A stretch of 64,000 bases of DNA from an uncultured delta proteobacterium (GCA_963848295.1 CAWKDB010000010.1:544001-608000); one strand, 5' to 3'. Shown: positions 28,638 to 40,106, counted from the first letter of the stretch. The notes: generated from the sequence alone by a model not told the origin. Numbers and translations are program-made.

Positions 28638-31600
28638 GTGGCGACCATGTCCGGGCCCGACGACGGCGAACGACCCCGGGCGAGCAGCGTCGCCGAGGAG
28701 GCGTTCGCCGCGACCGTCGCGCCGATGCCGTCGGAGACGCCCGTGCCTCCGGGCCGACCGACGCCGCCCGCGACGCCGCGCTCGCGCAACCAGCTCGAAT
28801 CCGACGAGACGATGGCGGGTCCGGCCGGCGGCGAGCTCCCGCCGCTGCCCGAGGTCTCGGCGTCGCACTACAAGACCGAAGGCGAGATCGCGCGCGGCGG
28901 GATGGGCAAGATCGTCTCGGCCGAGGATCTCCGGCTCGGTCGCAAGGTCGCGCTCAAGCAGCTGATCGATCCGTCGAGCGATCAGACCTCGCGGTTCCAA
29001 CGCGAAGCGCTGATCACCGCGCGGTTGCAGCACCCCGGCATCGTCCCGGTCTACGAAGCGGGGCGGTGGCCGACCGGCGAGCCGTTCTTCGCGATGAAGC
29101 TGGTGTCGGGGCGCCCGCTCGACAAGGTCATCGCCGAGACCACGAAGCTCGAGGAGCGGCTCGCGCTGCTGCCGCGGGTCGAATCGGCGTGCGATGCGAT
29201 GGCCTACGCGCACAGCCAGCGCGTGATCCATCGCGATCTCAAACCGGCGAACGTGCTGATCGGAAACTTCGGCGAGACCGTCGTGATCGATTGGGGCCTC
29301 GCAAAGGATCTCGACGCCGAGGAGAGCGTCGACCCGACGCGCGCGCACCACCGCAAGCCACGCCAGGCTCACCCCGAGGTCTCGAGCCAATCGTCGACGC
29401 TGACCGTCGCGGGCGCGGTGATGGGCACGCCGGCCTACATGGCGCCCGAGCAAGCGCGCGGCGAAGCGGTCGACCAGCGCGCCGACGTGTTCGCGCTCGG
29501 CGCGATGCTCTATCACGTGCTCGCCGGAGCGCCGCCGTACAACGCGCGCACCGCGACCGATGTCATCGCCGCCGCCGCGCTCGGCAAGGTCGTGCCGCTG
29601 ATCGAGCGCGAGCGCCGCGTGCCCCCCGAGCTCGCCGCGATCGTCAACCGCGCGATGGCAGCGTCGCCCGACGATCGCTATCCGCACGCCGGCGAGCTCG
29701 CCGACGAGCTGCATCGATTCCTGACCGGTAAGCTCGTCGAGTCGCATCGCTACACCGCGATGCAGCGGGTGATGCGGTTCGTACGCAAGCACCGCGCCGC
29801 GGTCACGATCGCGACGATCGCGACGATCGGCTTTGCGGTCGGCGGCACGATGGCGGTCACGCGCATCGTCGACGCACGCGATCGCGCGGAGCGCGAGGCC
29901 GAGCTCGCGCAGAGCCGCAAGAAGGCCGCCGAGCGGCTGATCGACTACATGTTCACCGACGTCAAGACCCGGCTCGATGCGATCGGCCGGCTCGACGTGC
30001 TCGCGAGCCTCGGCAGCGAAGTGCGGCGCTACTACGACACGTTGTCGCGCGTCCCCGGCGGCATGCCGCACGAGGACGAGATCCGGATGGCCGAGGCGAT
30101 CGATCTGATCGGCCAAGCCGAGCATCGCTCGGGCAAGACCGATCGCGCGCTCGAGACCTGGACGCAATCGCGCGCCCATGTCGCGCAAGTCGTGGGCATC
30201 GATACCGGCGGGCGCACGAAGCGGCTGCGCCGGATGATCGCGCACCTCGACTTCGAGATCGGCCAGATCGCCGAGGAGCGCGGCAAGTTCGGCGAAGCGC
30301 TCCGCGACTACACGAATGCGAAGCGCGAGTGGGATGCGCTCCGCACCGAGGATCCGACCGCGCGCGATGTGCTGCTCGGCGCGGCCGAGACCCACGACCG
30401 ACTCGGCGACCTGCTGCGCAACGAGGGCAAGATCGACGAGGCGTTCGACGAATACTCCGAGGCGAAGTCCGAGCGCGAGCTCGCGACGACCCAAGGCGGC
30501 GGCAAGGTCTCCGACGAGACGATGGCGCTGTCGACGAGCCACTTGAAGATCGCGTCGGCGTATCAGAATCGCGGCGAATCGACGCTCGCGCTCGACGAAT
30601 ACCGCGCGGCGTTGCGCCTGCGCGCGACGCTCGCCGAAACCCAGCCCGACAACGTCGTGGTGCAGCAAGGCGTGCTCGAGGTCGAGGACGCGCTCGCCGA
30701 GCTCGAGCGCCGCGTCGGCGATACCCAAGCCGCGATCGACGCGTACACGAAGGCGTTACCGACCGCCGAGACGCTCGCCCGTCGCGATCCGACGAACGCC
30801 GACTGGAAGCGTCAGCGCGGTAACATGCTGGCCGACCTCGGCTACGCGCTGCTCGACGGTGGCCGGTTCAAAGACGGCATCGATCAGCTCGCCGCCGCGG
30901 TCGACATCCAAAGCGGGCTGACCGACGCCGACCCGCAGAGTGCCCGGTACCAGAACGACCTGTCGCGCACCTACACCCGGATGGGTGACGGCTATGTCGA
31001 CCTCGGCCAGACCGACGACGGCATCGAGAAGTACCGGCGAGCGCTCGAGTTGCGCCGCGCCCTCGTCGACCGCGATCCGAAGAGCGCGCCGTATCGTCGC
31101 GCGATGGCGTGGTCGTACGCGAAGCTCGGCAGCGCGTTGCAGCTGAAGAACGACGTAGGCCACGCCGAGGCCGCGCTCGAGCAGGCGCTCGCGCTGCGCA
31201 CCGACCTGGTCACGGAAGCGGCGGCGCAGGGCGGGTTTCGCGACGAGCTCGCGTCGAGCGAGATCATGCTCGGCGAGCTGATCGCGCCAAGAGATGCCAA
31301 GCGCTCGAGCGAGCTGCTGACCGCCGGCATCGCGCGCGCGCGCGAGCTCGTCGACAGCGATCCGATCAACGACGAGTGGAAAGACACGCTCGTCCGCGGC
31401 CTGCTCGCTCGCGCGGCGGTCACGTCCGATCGGCAAGGCCGCGCGACGGCCGCCCGCGAAGCGACCGAACTCGCCGACGCGGCGCTACACCGCGCGCCCC
31501 TCAACGTGCAATGGGCCGTGCTGTCGGCGCAGAGTCACCTCGCGAAGGCCGACGGCGAGTCCGGCTCCGCCGCAGTCGCCGATCGCAAGATCGCGCTCGA

Positions 31601-31682
31601 TCTCCTCCAACCGCTCGCGAAGGCCGGCCGGTTACCCGCTCAGCGCCTGCCGTTACTCGACCGCGCGCGCGCCGCGCGCTGA
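28638..31682 (+). CDS. Ser/Thr protein kinase with transmembrane segment and TPR-like repeats
   Basis: ARGGMG, VALK, HRDLKPAN, DWG, GTPAYMAPEQ, hydrophobic segment, helical repeats. Confidence 0.92.
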   Translation: MATMSGPDDGERPRASSVAEEAFAATVAPMPSETPVPPGRPTPPATPRSRNQLESDETMAGPAGGELPPLPEVSASHYKTEGEIARGGMGKIVSAEDLRLGRKVALKQLIDPSSDQTSRFQREALITARLQHPGIVPVYEAGRWPTGEPFFAMKLVSGRPLDKVIAETTKLEERLALLPRVESACDAMAYAHSQRVIHRDLKPANVLIGNFGETVVIDWGLAKDLDAEESVDPTRAHHRKPRQAHPEVSSQSSTLTVAGAVMGTPAYMAPEQARGEAVDQRADVFALGAMLYHVLAGAPPYNARTATDVIAAAALGKVVPLIERERRVPPELAAIVNRAMAASPDDRYPHAGELADELHRFLTGKLVESHRYTAMQRVMRFVRKHRAAVTIATIATIGFAVGGTMAVTRIVDARDRAEREAELAQSRKKAAERLIDYMFTDVKTRLDAIGRLDVLASLGSEVRRYYDTLSRVPGGMPHEDEIRMAEAIDLIGQAEHRSGKTDRALETWTQSRAHVAQVVGIDTGGRTKRLRRMIAHLDFEIGQIAEERGKFGEALRDYTNAKREWDALRTEDPTARDVLLGAAETHDRLGDLLRNEGKIDEAFDEYSEAKSERELATTQGGGKVSDETMALSTSHLKIASAYQNRGESTLALDEYRAALRLRATLAETQPDNVVVQQGVLEVEDALAELERRVGDTQAAIDAYTKALPTAETLARRDPTNADWKRQRGNMLADLGYALLDGGRFKDGIDQLAAAVDIQSGLTDADPQSARYQNDLSRTYTRMGDGYVDLGQTDDGIEKYRRALELRRALVDRDPKSAPYRRAMAWSYAKLGSALQLKNDVGHAEAALEQALALRTDLVTEAAAQGGFRDELASSEIMLGELIAPRDAKRSSELLTAGIARARELVDSDPINDEWKDTLVRGLLARAAVTSDRQGRATAAREATELADAALHRAPLNVQWAVLSAQSHLAKADGESGSAAVADRKIALDLLQPLAKAGRLPAQRLPLLDRARAAR

Positions 31683-31705
31683 ACGGGTGCGGTACCATGC
31701 CGCCC

Positions 31706-32104
31706 ATGGCCCAAGATCCATCGGAGTGGCGACAGAAGGGGAAGGTCTGGACCTACCTGATCATGGCGATGCTGTTCGTCGTCGTGATCATCGTGATCAA
31801 TGTCGTGTGGAAGAACCCCGAAATGGCGCAACAAGGCGTCAAGCACTTCTTCGGCCTGCCGAGCCCGCTGCTCGCCGCGATCATGGCGGTCGTCGGGTTT
31901 CTGGTCTACTGGGCGGGTCTCAGGGTCGAGCCCGAGTGGCCCGAGGCGATCGGGGCGTTCTTGGTCGCGGGGGCGATCGCGTGGTTCGAGCTGATCGTCG
32001 GCTGGCGCCATTTCGAGCTCGGCGGGATCGTCGTGATTCCCTACCTCATCCCACTCGTGGCGTTCGTCGGCCTGCTGATGTACGCGATGAAACGCGGCAT
32101 GTGA
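31706..32104 (+). CDS. Small integral membrane protein
   Basis: Four hydrophobic segments and typical codon usage. Confidence 0.75.
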   Translation: MAQDPSEWRQKGKVWTYLIMAMLFVVVIIVINVVWKNPEMAQQGVKHFFGLPSPLLAAIMAVVGFLVYWAGLRVEPEWPEAIGAFLVAGAIAWFELIVGWRHFELGGIVVIPYLIPLVAFVGLLMYAMKRGM

Positions 32105-32118
32105 CCTACAATGAAGCG

Positions 32119-33555
32119 ATGCGGGGCGCTGGCTTGGCATTGCTGCTGATCGCGATCGGATGCGGCCACAAAGCGGGCTCGGGCGCGAACGACGGACCGA
32201 GCGGCGACGGCGCGAACGGCGACGGCACCGGCCCGAACGACGGCGCCTTCGACACCGCGATCGACGTGCCGAACGTCAAGGGCGCGGTCCATGTCCAGGT
32301 CACGAACGCCGCTGCAGGTAGCTGCATGCCCGGCATGCACGTCGTCTACATCGACGTCGACGGCACGCAGACCGACGTCATCGCCGACGCGAGCGGCAAC
32401 GCGACCGGCGACGTGTTTCCCGGCGGCAGCGTCACCGCGGTCTGCGCGCGCACGACCGGCTCGTACTCGATGGCGACGGTGCAAGACGTCGAGCCCGGCG
32501 ACAACATCGTGCTCAACGCGGCCGCGTTCTTCACGTCGGAGGGCAGCCAGCCGTTCGACTCGACGCCGGCCGGCTCGTTCACCGTGTCGTGGTCCGCGAA
32601 AGCGGGCGCCGCCGGCTACACCGTCTACGGCCCGTGCGGCGGGATGACCGTCGCGGGCACGACCGCGACGCTCGCGATGCAAGACGGCTGCGTCACCGCG
32701 ATGATGGACATCGTCGTGATCGCGCTCGCGTCCGGCAACGTGCCGACCGCATTCAGCGAACAGACCGCGGTGCCGTTCACGTCGGGCGGCAACGTCACGG
32801 TCGCCGATGGTTGGCACGCGACCGCCGCGGTGTCCGGCTCGTACAGCGGCGCGCCCGCGTTTTGCGCCGACACCAACGATCCCAACTATCCGTGCAATGT
32901 CGAGCTCGATCGGTTCGTGCCCGATCTGCGCGGCGAGCGTTGCGACGGCGCGAACACGTGCCTCGCCAAAGACATCGCGACGACCGCGAGCATCGCCGAG
33001 ACCAGCGCGCTCGCCTCGACCGCGATCGTCCAGTCGATCCTGACGACGAACGGCACGAGCGTCGACTCGATCCCGCACGCCCAGATCACGACCGCGGTCG
33101 TCGACGGTACGCAGCCGGCGTACACGCTCGACTACGGCGCCGCGGCGCTGCCGTGGCTGTGTCTCGAAGCCGGCGCGAACTGCCCGGGCTGGGACAAGGC
33201 GAATCCCACCGGGATCACGGTCCCGGTCACCGGCACCGAGCCGGTCGATCTCTTCGAGGTCGATGCGACCTACGTCCGCGGCAACTCGACGATCTTCATC
33301 TGGCACATCTTCGGCCCGACGCCCGGCGACTTCACGTTCCCGACGACGTTCCCCGATTCGGTCAGCGTCGTGCTGCCGATCGCGCAGGACACGAAGTCGG
33401 CGACCCACGCGTACGCCTGCGAGAGCAACGCGATCGGCGGCTGGCGCCCGGCGCGGCAAGATCCGTTCGAGACGCTCGACACGTGCAAATCGTCACCAAG
33501 TCCGATGGCGAATCGCGTGCCCGGCACGATCAATCGGCTGAGCAGCGTCAATTAA
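32119..33555 (+). CDS. Beta-rich lipoprotein of unknown function
   Basis: Lipobox IAIGC. Paralogous to the next gene (VVYIDVDGT / VVFVDTDGT). Confidence 0.75.
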   Translation: MRGAGLALLLIAIGCGHKAGSGANDGPSGDGANGDGTGPNDGAFDTAIDVPNVKGAVHVQVTNAAAGSCMPGMHVVYIDVDGTQTDVIADASGNATGDVFPGGSVTAVCARTTGSYSMATVQDVEPGDNIVLNAAAFFTSEGSQPFDSTPAGSFTVSWSAKAGAAGYTVYGPCGGMTVAGTTATLAMQDGCVTAMMDIVVIALASGNVPTAFSEQTAVPFTSGGNVTVADGWHATAAVSGSYSGAPAFCADTNDPNYPCNVELDRFVPDLRGERCDGANTCLAKDIATTASIAETSALASTAIVQSILTTNGTSVDSIPHAQITTAVVDGTQPAYTLDYGAAALPWLCLEAGANCPGWDKANPTGITVPVTGTEPVDLFEVDATYVRGNSTIFIWHIFGPTPGDFTFPTTFPDSVSVVLPIAQDTKSATHAYACESNAIGGWRPARQDPFETLDTCKSSPSPMANRVPGTINRLSSVN

Positions 33556-33570
33556 CGTTACCATCGAGCG

Positions 33571-34833
33571 ATGACGCGGCTCGGTCTGGCACCGTTGGCG
33601 TTCGTGGTGGCGTGCGGCGGAACCCACACCTCCAACCCGGATGGCCCCGGCATCGACGCGCCGCCCGATGCGGCGGAGCGCGGCATCGTCACGATCCACG
33701 TCCGCGATGGCACCGGCACGCTGCCGCTCGCGCCGTCGCCGGTCGTGTTCGTCGACACCGACGGCACGATGACCACGGTGATGACCGATGCCGGCGGCAC
33801 GGTGACCGGCAACGTGTTCGCCGGCGCGAACGCGACCGCGATCTACACCGAGTCCGACACCGAGTTCCAGCTCCAGACCGTGTTCGGCATCGCTCCCGGC
33901 GACGACATCACGCTCGGCACGTCGTCGCTCGACCAGACGCCGGCCGGGACGTTCACGATCAACTTCACCGCCGACACCGGTGCGACGAGCTACTCGGTCG
34001 TCTACCCGTGTGGCTCGATCACGACGATGTCGACCGCCCCGGTCGTGAATCTATCGAACTACTGCGCGCACCCGGCGATGGACCTCGTCGTCGTTTCGCT
34101 CGCCGCGAACGGTCAGCCGATGCACTTCGTCGAGCAGTCCGGGGTCGCGTTCTCCGACGGCGGAGCGACGACGATGCCCGCGACATGGCAACCGCTCGTC
34201 GCGTTCTCGGCGACGTACAGCGACATCGGCGCCGACGTCTCCGACGTCCGGCTCAACCGCTCGGTGCCCGACAAGAACGGCTATTTCTTGTCCGGCACCG
34301 GCCCGCCTTCGGGCTCGCCGCGCACGCTCCAGCTCGACGGTCCGACCGCGGTGACCTCCGTGCTGCAGACACAGCTCGTCGCGAGCACCGGCGCATATCA
34401 GGTCGTCACCGCCGGCGTCGACGGCACCGCGACCACCTACGCGCTCGATGTCGGCGCGAGCGAGCTCGGCTGGCTCGGCACGCCGACGCTGGACATCGCC
34501 ACCGAGAAGGTCACCGTGCCGGTGACGGGGAGTCCGGCGGGCGACGGCTTCGAGCTGATCCTCGACTACGACAACCTCGCCGGCACGCTGTACTCGTGGA
34601 ACCTCTACGCACCGACCGCCGGCGATATCCAGCTGCCCGCGATCCCGCTCGCGCTCGGCGACTACTTGCCGAAGACCGGCTACAACGTCTCGGCGCTCGT
34701 CGGTCGCTTGCTCGAGACCACCGCGCTCGACGGCAACAAGGCGTTCCGCGCGGACCCGAGCGACGCGTTCCCGCAGCTGACGGCGTCACCCGCGGTCGGC
34801 ACCGTGCTCCGGCTCAGCACGGCGTCGAATTAG
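33571..34833 (+). CDS. Beta-rich lipoprotein of unknown function
   Basis: Lipobox VVACG. Paralog of 32119..33555. Confidence 0.75.
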   Translation: MTRLGLAPLAFVVACGGTHTSNPDGPGIDAPPDAAERGIVTIHVRDGTGTLPLAPSPVVFVDTDGTMTTVMTDAGGTVTGNVFAGANATAIYTESDTEFQLQTVFGIAPGDDITLGTSSLDQTPAGTFTINFTADTGATSYSVVYPCGSITTMSTAPVVNLSNYCAHPAMDLVVVSLAANGQPMHFVEQSGVAFSDGGATTMPATWQPLVAFSATYSDIGADVSDVRLNRSVPDKNGYFLSGTGPPSGSPRTLQLDGPTAVTSVLQTQLVASTGAYQVVTAGVDGTATTYALDVGASELGWLGTPTLDIATEKVTVPVTGSPAGDGFELILDYDNLAGTLYSWNLYAPTAGDIQLPAIPLALGDYLPKTGYNVSALVGRLLETTALDGNKAFRADPSDAFPQLTASPAVGTVLRLSTASN

Positions 34834-36323
34834 GGCGTCAGCAGCGCCGACACGACGACCGATGCCGAGTGGGCCTCGTCGGGCGCGACCGGTGTCCCCG
34901 GAAACGGCGCATCGCTCGCGGCGATCGCGATCGCGTAGTGGCGACCGTGCTCGAATAGACCCGGCGGCAGGGTCACGGTCTCGACATGGGTGAAGATCGT
35001 GGCGATCGAGGTAGCGGCGTCGCTCGTGATGTCGAAGATCTGGACCGCGTAGGTCGTCGGCGTGCCGAGGTTGGGCGGGACCCAGGCGATCGTCGGCACG
35101 GTGCCGACGTAGTCCTGGGGCTGGAATACGTCGAGCCCGGCCGCGATGTTCGTCCCGGCCGATGCGATGACCGGTGTTCGCACCACACCGATGCCGGGTG
35201 CGATCATCGCGGGGAGCTTGTCGACCGGGCCGATCGTGGCGAGCGCGGGGAACGGCACGAGTTGTCCGTCGGGACCGAGTGGAATGCAGACCTCGAGCTG
35301 GATCGCGTAGTAGGGCGTCCAGGTCTCGCCCATGACGGTCGGCAGCGGGTACGGAATCCCGGTGAGATCGGCCGCGAACGCGTCGACCGGGAGCGTCAGG
35401 AGCAAGTAATCGGCGCCGCCGCCTGTCAGCCCGAGCGAGCCGTCGCCCGGTTGACCACCGATCGAGATCGCGAGATCGGTGGGCTCCCCAGAGAAGCCGC
35501 AGCTCACCGCGGCCGGATTCACCAAGGTGTAGTGCGGATTCGAGTAGCCAGTCTCGGTCGCGAAGCCCATCTCGTCCACCGGCTGAGTGAGCGTCTGCAC
35601 GTTAGCGGTTTCGTCGACGAACATCGCCTGCGCGTCGCCGACGGGAGTGATCATGCCAGCGGTCTGGGTCACCGGGCCGGTCGAGTACAGCCGAGCGAGG
35701 CTGTAGTAGGACACGCTCTCGCCGGTCCCGGACTGGAGCTGTTCGACCGCGAAGTCGTCGCCGTCGAGCAGCGGACTCGAGCCGACACCAACGTCGTTGA
35801 TGAAGACCAGCCCCGTGAGCTCGGTCGCGCCGGACTCAATCTCGCCGGGGTGGGTCGCAAACTGCCACGCGTTGGCGTCGCCCGAGTAGGCTTCGAGCTC
35901 GTCGGGGGCTCCGAATTCGCCGTCCGACCACGGCGCGAGGTTCCCCGCGGTGACCGCGAGCCCGGCGCTGGACATGTCGGGGATCGCGTTCGGATGGCCG
36001 AACGCCGGCGTGTGAAGAGTGAACGTGTCGACGTCGGTGACGTAGTACGCGCTGCCGACCTGCAGCACGTAGTCGCCAATCGGCACGTCGCGGATCTCGA
36101 ACGTGCCGTCGCTCGCTCCGTGCGCGGCGTAGACCTGGTAGTCGACGCCGGAGTCGCCGGCGACGAGCGCCGCGACCATCGTCGTCGTGAAATCGACCGG
36201 GACGTCGGTCGAACCGTGCGGCGTCTGATACGTCGTCGAGATCGTGCCGTAGATCGTGCGCGTGCTCGAGTCACAACCGGCGAGGAGGCCGGCCGCGAGC
36301 AAGAGCGCCGCGCGCAGGGTCAC
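34830..36323 (-). CDS. Lipoprotein with a carboxypeptidase-regulatory-like N-terminal domain
   Basis: GTG start coupled to the upstream gene, lipobox [20 protein letters not shown]. Confidence 0.7.
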   Translation of the reverse strand: MTLRAALLLAAGLLAGCDSSTRTIYGTISTTYQTPHGSTDVPVDFTTTMVAALVAGDSGVDYQVYAAHGASDGTFEIRDVPIGDYVLQVGSAYYVTDVDTFTLHTPAFGHPNAIPDMSSAGLAVTAGNLAPWSDGEFGAPDELEAYSGDANAWQFATHPGEIESGATELTGLVFINDVGVGSSPLLDGDDFAVEQLQSGTGESVSYYSLARLYSTGPVTQTAGMITPVGDAQAMFVDETANVQTLTQPVDEMGFATETGYSNPHYTLVNPAAVSCGFSGEPTDLAISIGGQPGDGSLGLTGGGADYLLLTLPVDAFAADLTGIPYPLPTVMGETWTPYYAIQLEVCIPLGPDGQLVPFPALATIGPVDKLPAMIAPGIGVVRTPVIASAGTNIAAGLDVFQPQDYVGTVPTIAWVPPNLGTPTTYAVQIFDITSDAATSIATIFTHVETVTLPPGLFEHGRHYAIAIAASDAPFPGTPVAPDEAHSASVVVSALLTP

Positions 36324-38356
36324 GGAGCGACTCCGGTGACGAGCGGGACGAGCGATCGCGCGTCGCTGACCGGCGGCGAGCACGTCGGGCCGGTGCACAC
36401 GAACGCGCGCGCGCGGCCGTCTCGCGCCGGCGTCTTGCCATCGGTGATCGACGCTTGCGCCCACGAGCCGGCGAGGCTCAGCGTCGGGCTGTACGCGCGG
36501 CGCGCGGCGGTGATCAGCTCGTCGCGCCCGCTGCCTTCGCTGACGACCAGCACCTTGTCGTGCAAGTAGAGATCGAGCGCCGCGAGCAAGCCGGACTGCG
36601 CCCACGCGTTCGCCTGGGTCGTGCCGGTCAGCCGCTGCGCGAGGTACTTTTCGGCGAGCGCGAGCGCGTCGCCATCGCCGGCGACGAGCCCGAGCCGCAA
36701 CAGGCCCTGGACCGCGACCGAGGCGCCGCTCGGGATCGCGCCGTCGTGGTGTGACTCGGGGCGATGCACCAGCAGCGGCTCGTCGGCGGGCGCGAGATAG
36801 AACACGACCACGCCATCCGCGTCGGCGACAAACCGCGCGCGGACCTGCGCGAGCAACGCGGTGCCGAGCTGCCACCACGCGGCGTCGCCGGTCGCTTCGG
36901 CGAGGTCGAGGAACGCCGAGGCGCAGAACGCGTAGTCGTCGAGCGTGCCGTCGAGCCGGACCACGCCTTCGTGAAATACGCGCGCGATGCGGTCGCCGGT
37001 GATCAGCGTCGTCTTGACGAACGTCGCGACCCGCATTGCGAGCTCGAGCGCGGCCTCGCTCCCGGTCGCGCGCCACGCGGCGACGAGCCCCGAGATCGCC
37101 AGGCCGTTCCAGCCGGCGAGCACCTTGTCGTCGGTGCCGGGCCGGATCCGCTTGGCGCGCGCGGCGAATAGCGTCGCGCGCAGCTCGGCGAGCTGGGCCT
37201 CCTCGTGCGGCGAGGTCCTCGGCGTCACCCGCGACAAGATGCTCGTGCCGTGCTCGAAGTTGCCGCCTTCGGTGACACCGTACGCGTGCCCGAGCACGAC
37301 CGCGCCCGATGCGCCGAGGACGTCGCGCAGCTCGTCGGGGGTCCACACGTAGAACTTGCCCTCTTCGTGCTCGCTGTCGGCGTCGAGCGACGACCACAAC
37401 CCGCCGGCGGGATCCGACAGCTCGCGCGCCAAGAACCCGACCGTCTCGTCGATCACCTCGCGCGCGCGCGCCGCGAACGGCCCGGCCATCGCGACGACCG
37501 CGGCGTAGATCGCGAGCAGCTGCGCCTGGTCGTACAGCATCTTCTCGAAGTGCGGCACCAGCCACTTCGCGTCGACCGAGTAACGCGCGAACCCACCGCC
37601 GAGGTGGTCGTAGATGCCGCCTTCCGCCATGCCGCGGGCCCAGCCGTCGAACGCGGTGCGCGCCGCTTCGCCGAACGCGAGCCGGCCGGCGCGCGCGAGC
37701 AGCTCGTGGCTCGAGCTCGACGGGAACTTCGGCGCGCCGCCGAGGCCGCCGTGCTTCGGATCGCAGCGCTCGGCGAGCTGCTTGCCGGCGGTGATGATCA
37801 GCGACGCGGCGAGCTTGCCGACCTCGCCCCCGCGCGCGCCGCGGCGATAGTGGTCGTCGACGCGAGCGAGCCCGTCGACGAGCGCGAGCGCGTTGTCCTC
37901 GGCGTCGGCGCGGCGCAGCCGATACGCATCGGACATCGCGGTCAGCAACGCGTCGAAGCTCGGCTTGCCGAACCGCGGCGCCTTCGGGAAGTACGTGCCG
38001 AGGAAGTACGGCCGGCCGTCGGGCAAGCAGAACGCGGACAACGGCCAGCCCCCGCCCTCGCCTTGCACCATGATCGCGTTCATGTAGATCGCGTCGACGT
38101 CGGGGCGCTCTTCGCGATCGACCTTGATGTTGATGAACTTCGCGTTCATCGTCTTCGCGGTCGGCACGTCCTCGAAGCTCTCGTGCGCCATCACGTGGCA
38201 CCAATGGCACGCGGCATACCCGATCGAGACGAACACCGGCCGGTTCGTGCGCTTCGCCTCGGCGAACGCCGCCTCGCCCCACGGCCACCAATCGACCGGG
38301 TTCTCCGCGTGCTGGCGAAGATACGGAGAGGTCTCGGTCGCGAGGCGATTTGCCAT
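36320..38356 (-). CDS. Thioredoxin domain-containing protein, YyaL/SSP411 family
   Basis: [38 protein letters not shown]. Confidence 0.92.
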   Translation of the reverse strand: MANRLATETSPYLRQHAENPVDWWPWGEAAFAEAKRTNRPVFVSIGYAACHWCHVMAHESFEDVPTAKTMNAKFINIKVDREERPDVDAIYMNAIMVQGEGGGWPLSAFCLPDGRPYFLGTYFPKAPRFGKPSFDALLTAMSDAYRLRRADAEDNALALVDGLARVDDHYRRGARGGEVGKLAASLIITAGKQLAERCDPKHGGLGGAPKFPSSSSHELLARAGRLAFGEAARTAFDGWARGMAEGGIYDHLGGGFARYSVDAKWLVPHFEKMLYDQAQLLAIYAAVVAMAGPFAARAREVIDETVGFLARELSDPAGGLWSSLDADSEHEEGKFYVWTPDELRDVLGASGAVVLGHAYGVTEGGNFEHGTSILSRVTPRTSPHEEAQLAELRATLFAARAKRIRPGTDDKVLAGWNGLAISGLVAAWRATGSEAALELAMRVATFVKTTLITGDRIARVFHEGVVRLDGTLDDYAFCASAFLDLAEATGDAAWWQLGTALLAQVRARFVADADGVVVFYLAPADEPLLVHRPESHHDGAIPSGASVAVQGLLRLGLVAGDGDALALAEKYLAQRLTGTTQANAWAQSGLLAALDLYLHDKVLVVSEGSGRDELITAARRAYSPTLSLAGSWAQASITDGKTPARDGRARAFVCTGPTCSPPVSDARSLVPLVTGVAP

Positions 38357-38379
38357 GGCCGGCACCATATAATGTCGCG

Positions 38380-38850
38380 ATGTCGGACGTCGCGAAGAAG
38401 CTGCTCGTCAAACCCGGATCTCGCGTGCTCGCGCTCGCGCGACCGAAGGATGTCGCCTTGCCGCTCCACCCCTGCGCGGCGTGCTCGATCGACGAGACCT
38501 GGTCGGCCTTGCGGGTGCGCCACTCGTCGCGGACGACGCCGCGCACGACGAGCGGCCGGCCCGTGCGGACCGCGACCGCGAAGCCCATGAAGCTGCCCGC
38601 CGACTTGATGCGCGCCGTCGCGAAATCGCCGACCGCGAAGGCCACGTGGAGCTCGCTGGCACCGTCGCACGTCAAGGAGTACGTGCGCTGGGTGATCGAA
38701 GCGAAGCAGGCCGAGACCCACGATCGCCGGATCGCCAAGACGGTCGAGATGCTCGCTGCCGGCCAGCGCGACCGCAACGCGAAGTATCGACCGACGGGAC
38801 CTGCGCCCGGCGGGCAGCGCCGCCGAATGGCGGTGCGGATCGATCGATGA
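38380..38850 (+). CDS. YdeI/OmpD-associated family protein
   Basis: LPADL...[35 protein letters not shown] lies 6 nt upstream. Confidence 0.7.
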   Translation: MSDVAKKLLVKPGSRVLALARPKDVALPLHPCAACSIDETWSALRVRHSSRTTPRTTSGRPVRTATAKPMKLPADLMRAVAKSPTAKATWSSLAPSHVKEYVRWVIEAKQAETHDRRIAKTVEMLAAGQRDRNAKYRPTGPAPGGQRRRMAVRIDR

Positions 38851-39527
38851 GGATCTCCGTCGTGTTGCTGCTCGGGCTCGTCGCCTGTGGCCCCGAGGTC
38901 GTCGTCGCCCCGGCGAACCACGAGATCCGGATCGCGCCGGTCGTCACCGATCGCGACGGCGACGGCATCCCCGACGATCGCGATCGCTGTCCGAAGGCGC
39001 CCGAGGACTTCGACGCCTACCAAGATGAAGATGGCTGCCCCGACCCCGACGACGACGGCGACGGCGTGCCCGATGACAAGGACTCGTGCCCGTACACGCC
39101 AGGCCCGGCGCCGAGCGGCTGCCCGGCCGGCTGCGTGCTCGTGTCAACCGTCGACGACTGCTGGGCCGACAACACGATCTTCCTCGACGCCGGCGACATG
39201 CCGCAAGCCGAGCGGATCGACGACGTGCTCGAGACGCTGCGCCGCTACCCCGAGATTCGCGCCATCACGATCGAAGGCGAGCGCGAAGCCAGCGAGCCCG
39301 CCGCGGTCGCGCTCGAGCGCGCCCGGATCGTCCACCGCGCGCTGATCGGCGCGCGCTCCAGCGTCGCGATCGACGAGGTCGACGGCGGGATCCGCCAGCC
39401 ACCCGGCCACGCGGTGCGGGTCCGGATCACGAAGCAGCGCTTCGCCGACGGCCGATTTCGCACGAGCACATGCACGTCGTGGGGCCCGGTCTACAAGGTC
39501 GCCAAGCTGACGTATCACTGCCCCTGA
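38847..39527 (+). CDS. Lipoprotein with thrombospondin type-3 repeats and a degenerate OmpA-like domain
   Basis: Lipobox LVACG, DRDGDGIPDDRDRCP, DEDGCPDPDDDGDG. Confidence 0.75.
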   Translation: MRISVVLLLGLVACGPEVVVAPANHEIRIAPVVTDRDGDGIPDDRDRCPKAPEDFDAYQDEDGCPDPDDDGDGVPDDKDSCPYTPGPAPSGCPAGCVLVSTVDDCWADNTIFLDAGDMPQAERIDDVLETLRRYPEIRAITIEGEREASEPAAVALERARIVHRALIGARSSVAIDEVDGGIRQPPGHAVRVRITKQRFADGRFRTSTCTSWGPVYKVAKLTYHCP

Positions 39528-39567
39528 CCGGCATTGACAGCGCGAGCGGCTCGCGCAGAATGAGATC

Positions 39568-39771
39568 GTGAGCAACGATCGGGCTACGGCGCAGCGCTTG
39601 CTGAACGCACTCGATCTCCACGACGCAGGCGTAGCGATCAAGCGCGAGTCGCTTCGCCGCCGCATGCCGAGGGCTTCGCGCGCGACGGTCGACCGGGCAC
39701 TGGCGGACTGGCTCGCCGAGGAGTCGGCCCCACCGCGGGGGTTCGCCGTGCGACGGCCGAGGCGCGGTTGA
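39568..39771 (+). CDS. MenA1 (Rv0078B)-like antitoxin
   Basis: 67 aa, AQRLLNALDL...LRRRMP.A....V.RALADW resembles MenA1. TTGACA at 39534 upstream. Coupled to a MenT1-like gene. Confidence 0.65.
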   Translation: MSNDRATAQRLLNALDLHDAGVAIKRESLRRRMPRASRATVDRALADWLAEESAPPRGFAVRRPRRG

Positions 39772-40106
39772 GCCAATTGCGCCTGCGCCGCTCGCCACGC
39801 GATCCGCTGGTCGACCTGCTGTTCGCGTCCACCGGGATCGAGGCCGAGGTCGTCGCCGCGGCGGAGCCGATCGCCGTGCTCGGTCAACGCGTACCCGTCG
39901 CTCGGGTTGGCCACCTGATCGCCCTAAAACTGCTCGCGCGTGATGACAAGACGCGCCCGCAGGATGCGATCGATTTGCGGGCGCTTGCCGCGGTAGCCAA
40001 GTCGATCGAGTGGAAACGGGCCGCACGTGCAGTTGCGATGATCGAACGCCGCGGGTTCGCGCAAGGACGCGATCTGGGTCGTGCGCTAGCCCGGCTGCGC
40101 GGTTAG
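39768..40106 (+). pseudogene. MenT1 (Rv0078A)-like nucleotidyltransferase toxin lacking its N-terminal catalytic part
   Basis: VDLLFASTGIE, HLIALKLLARDD, RPQD--DLRAL present. The GG...DxD region is absent. Confidence 0.7.
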
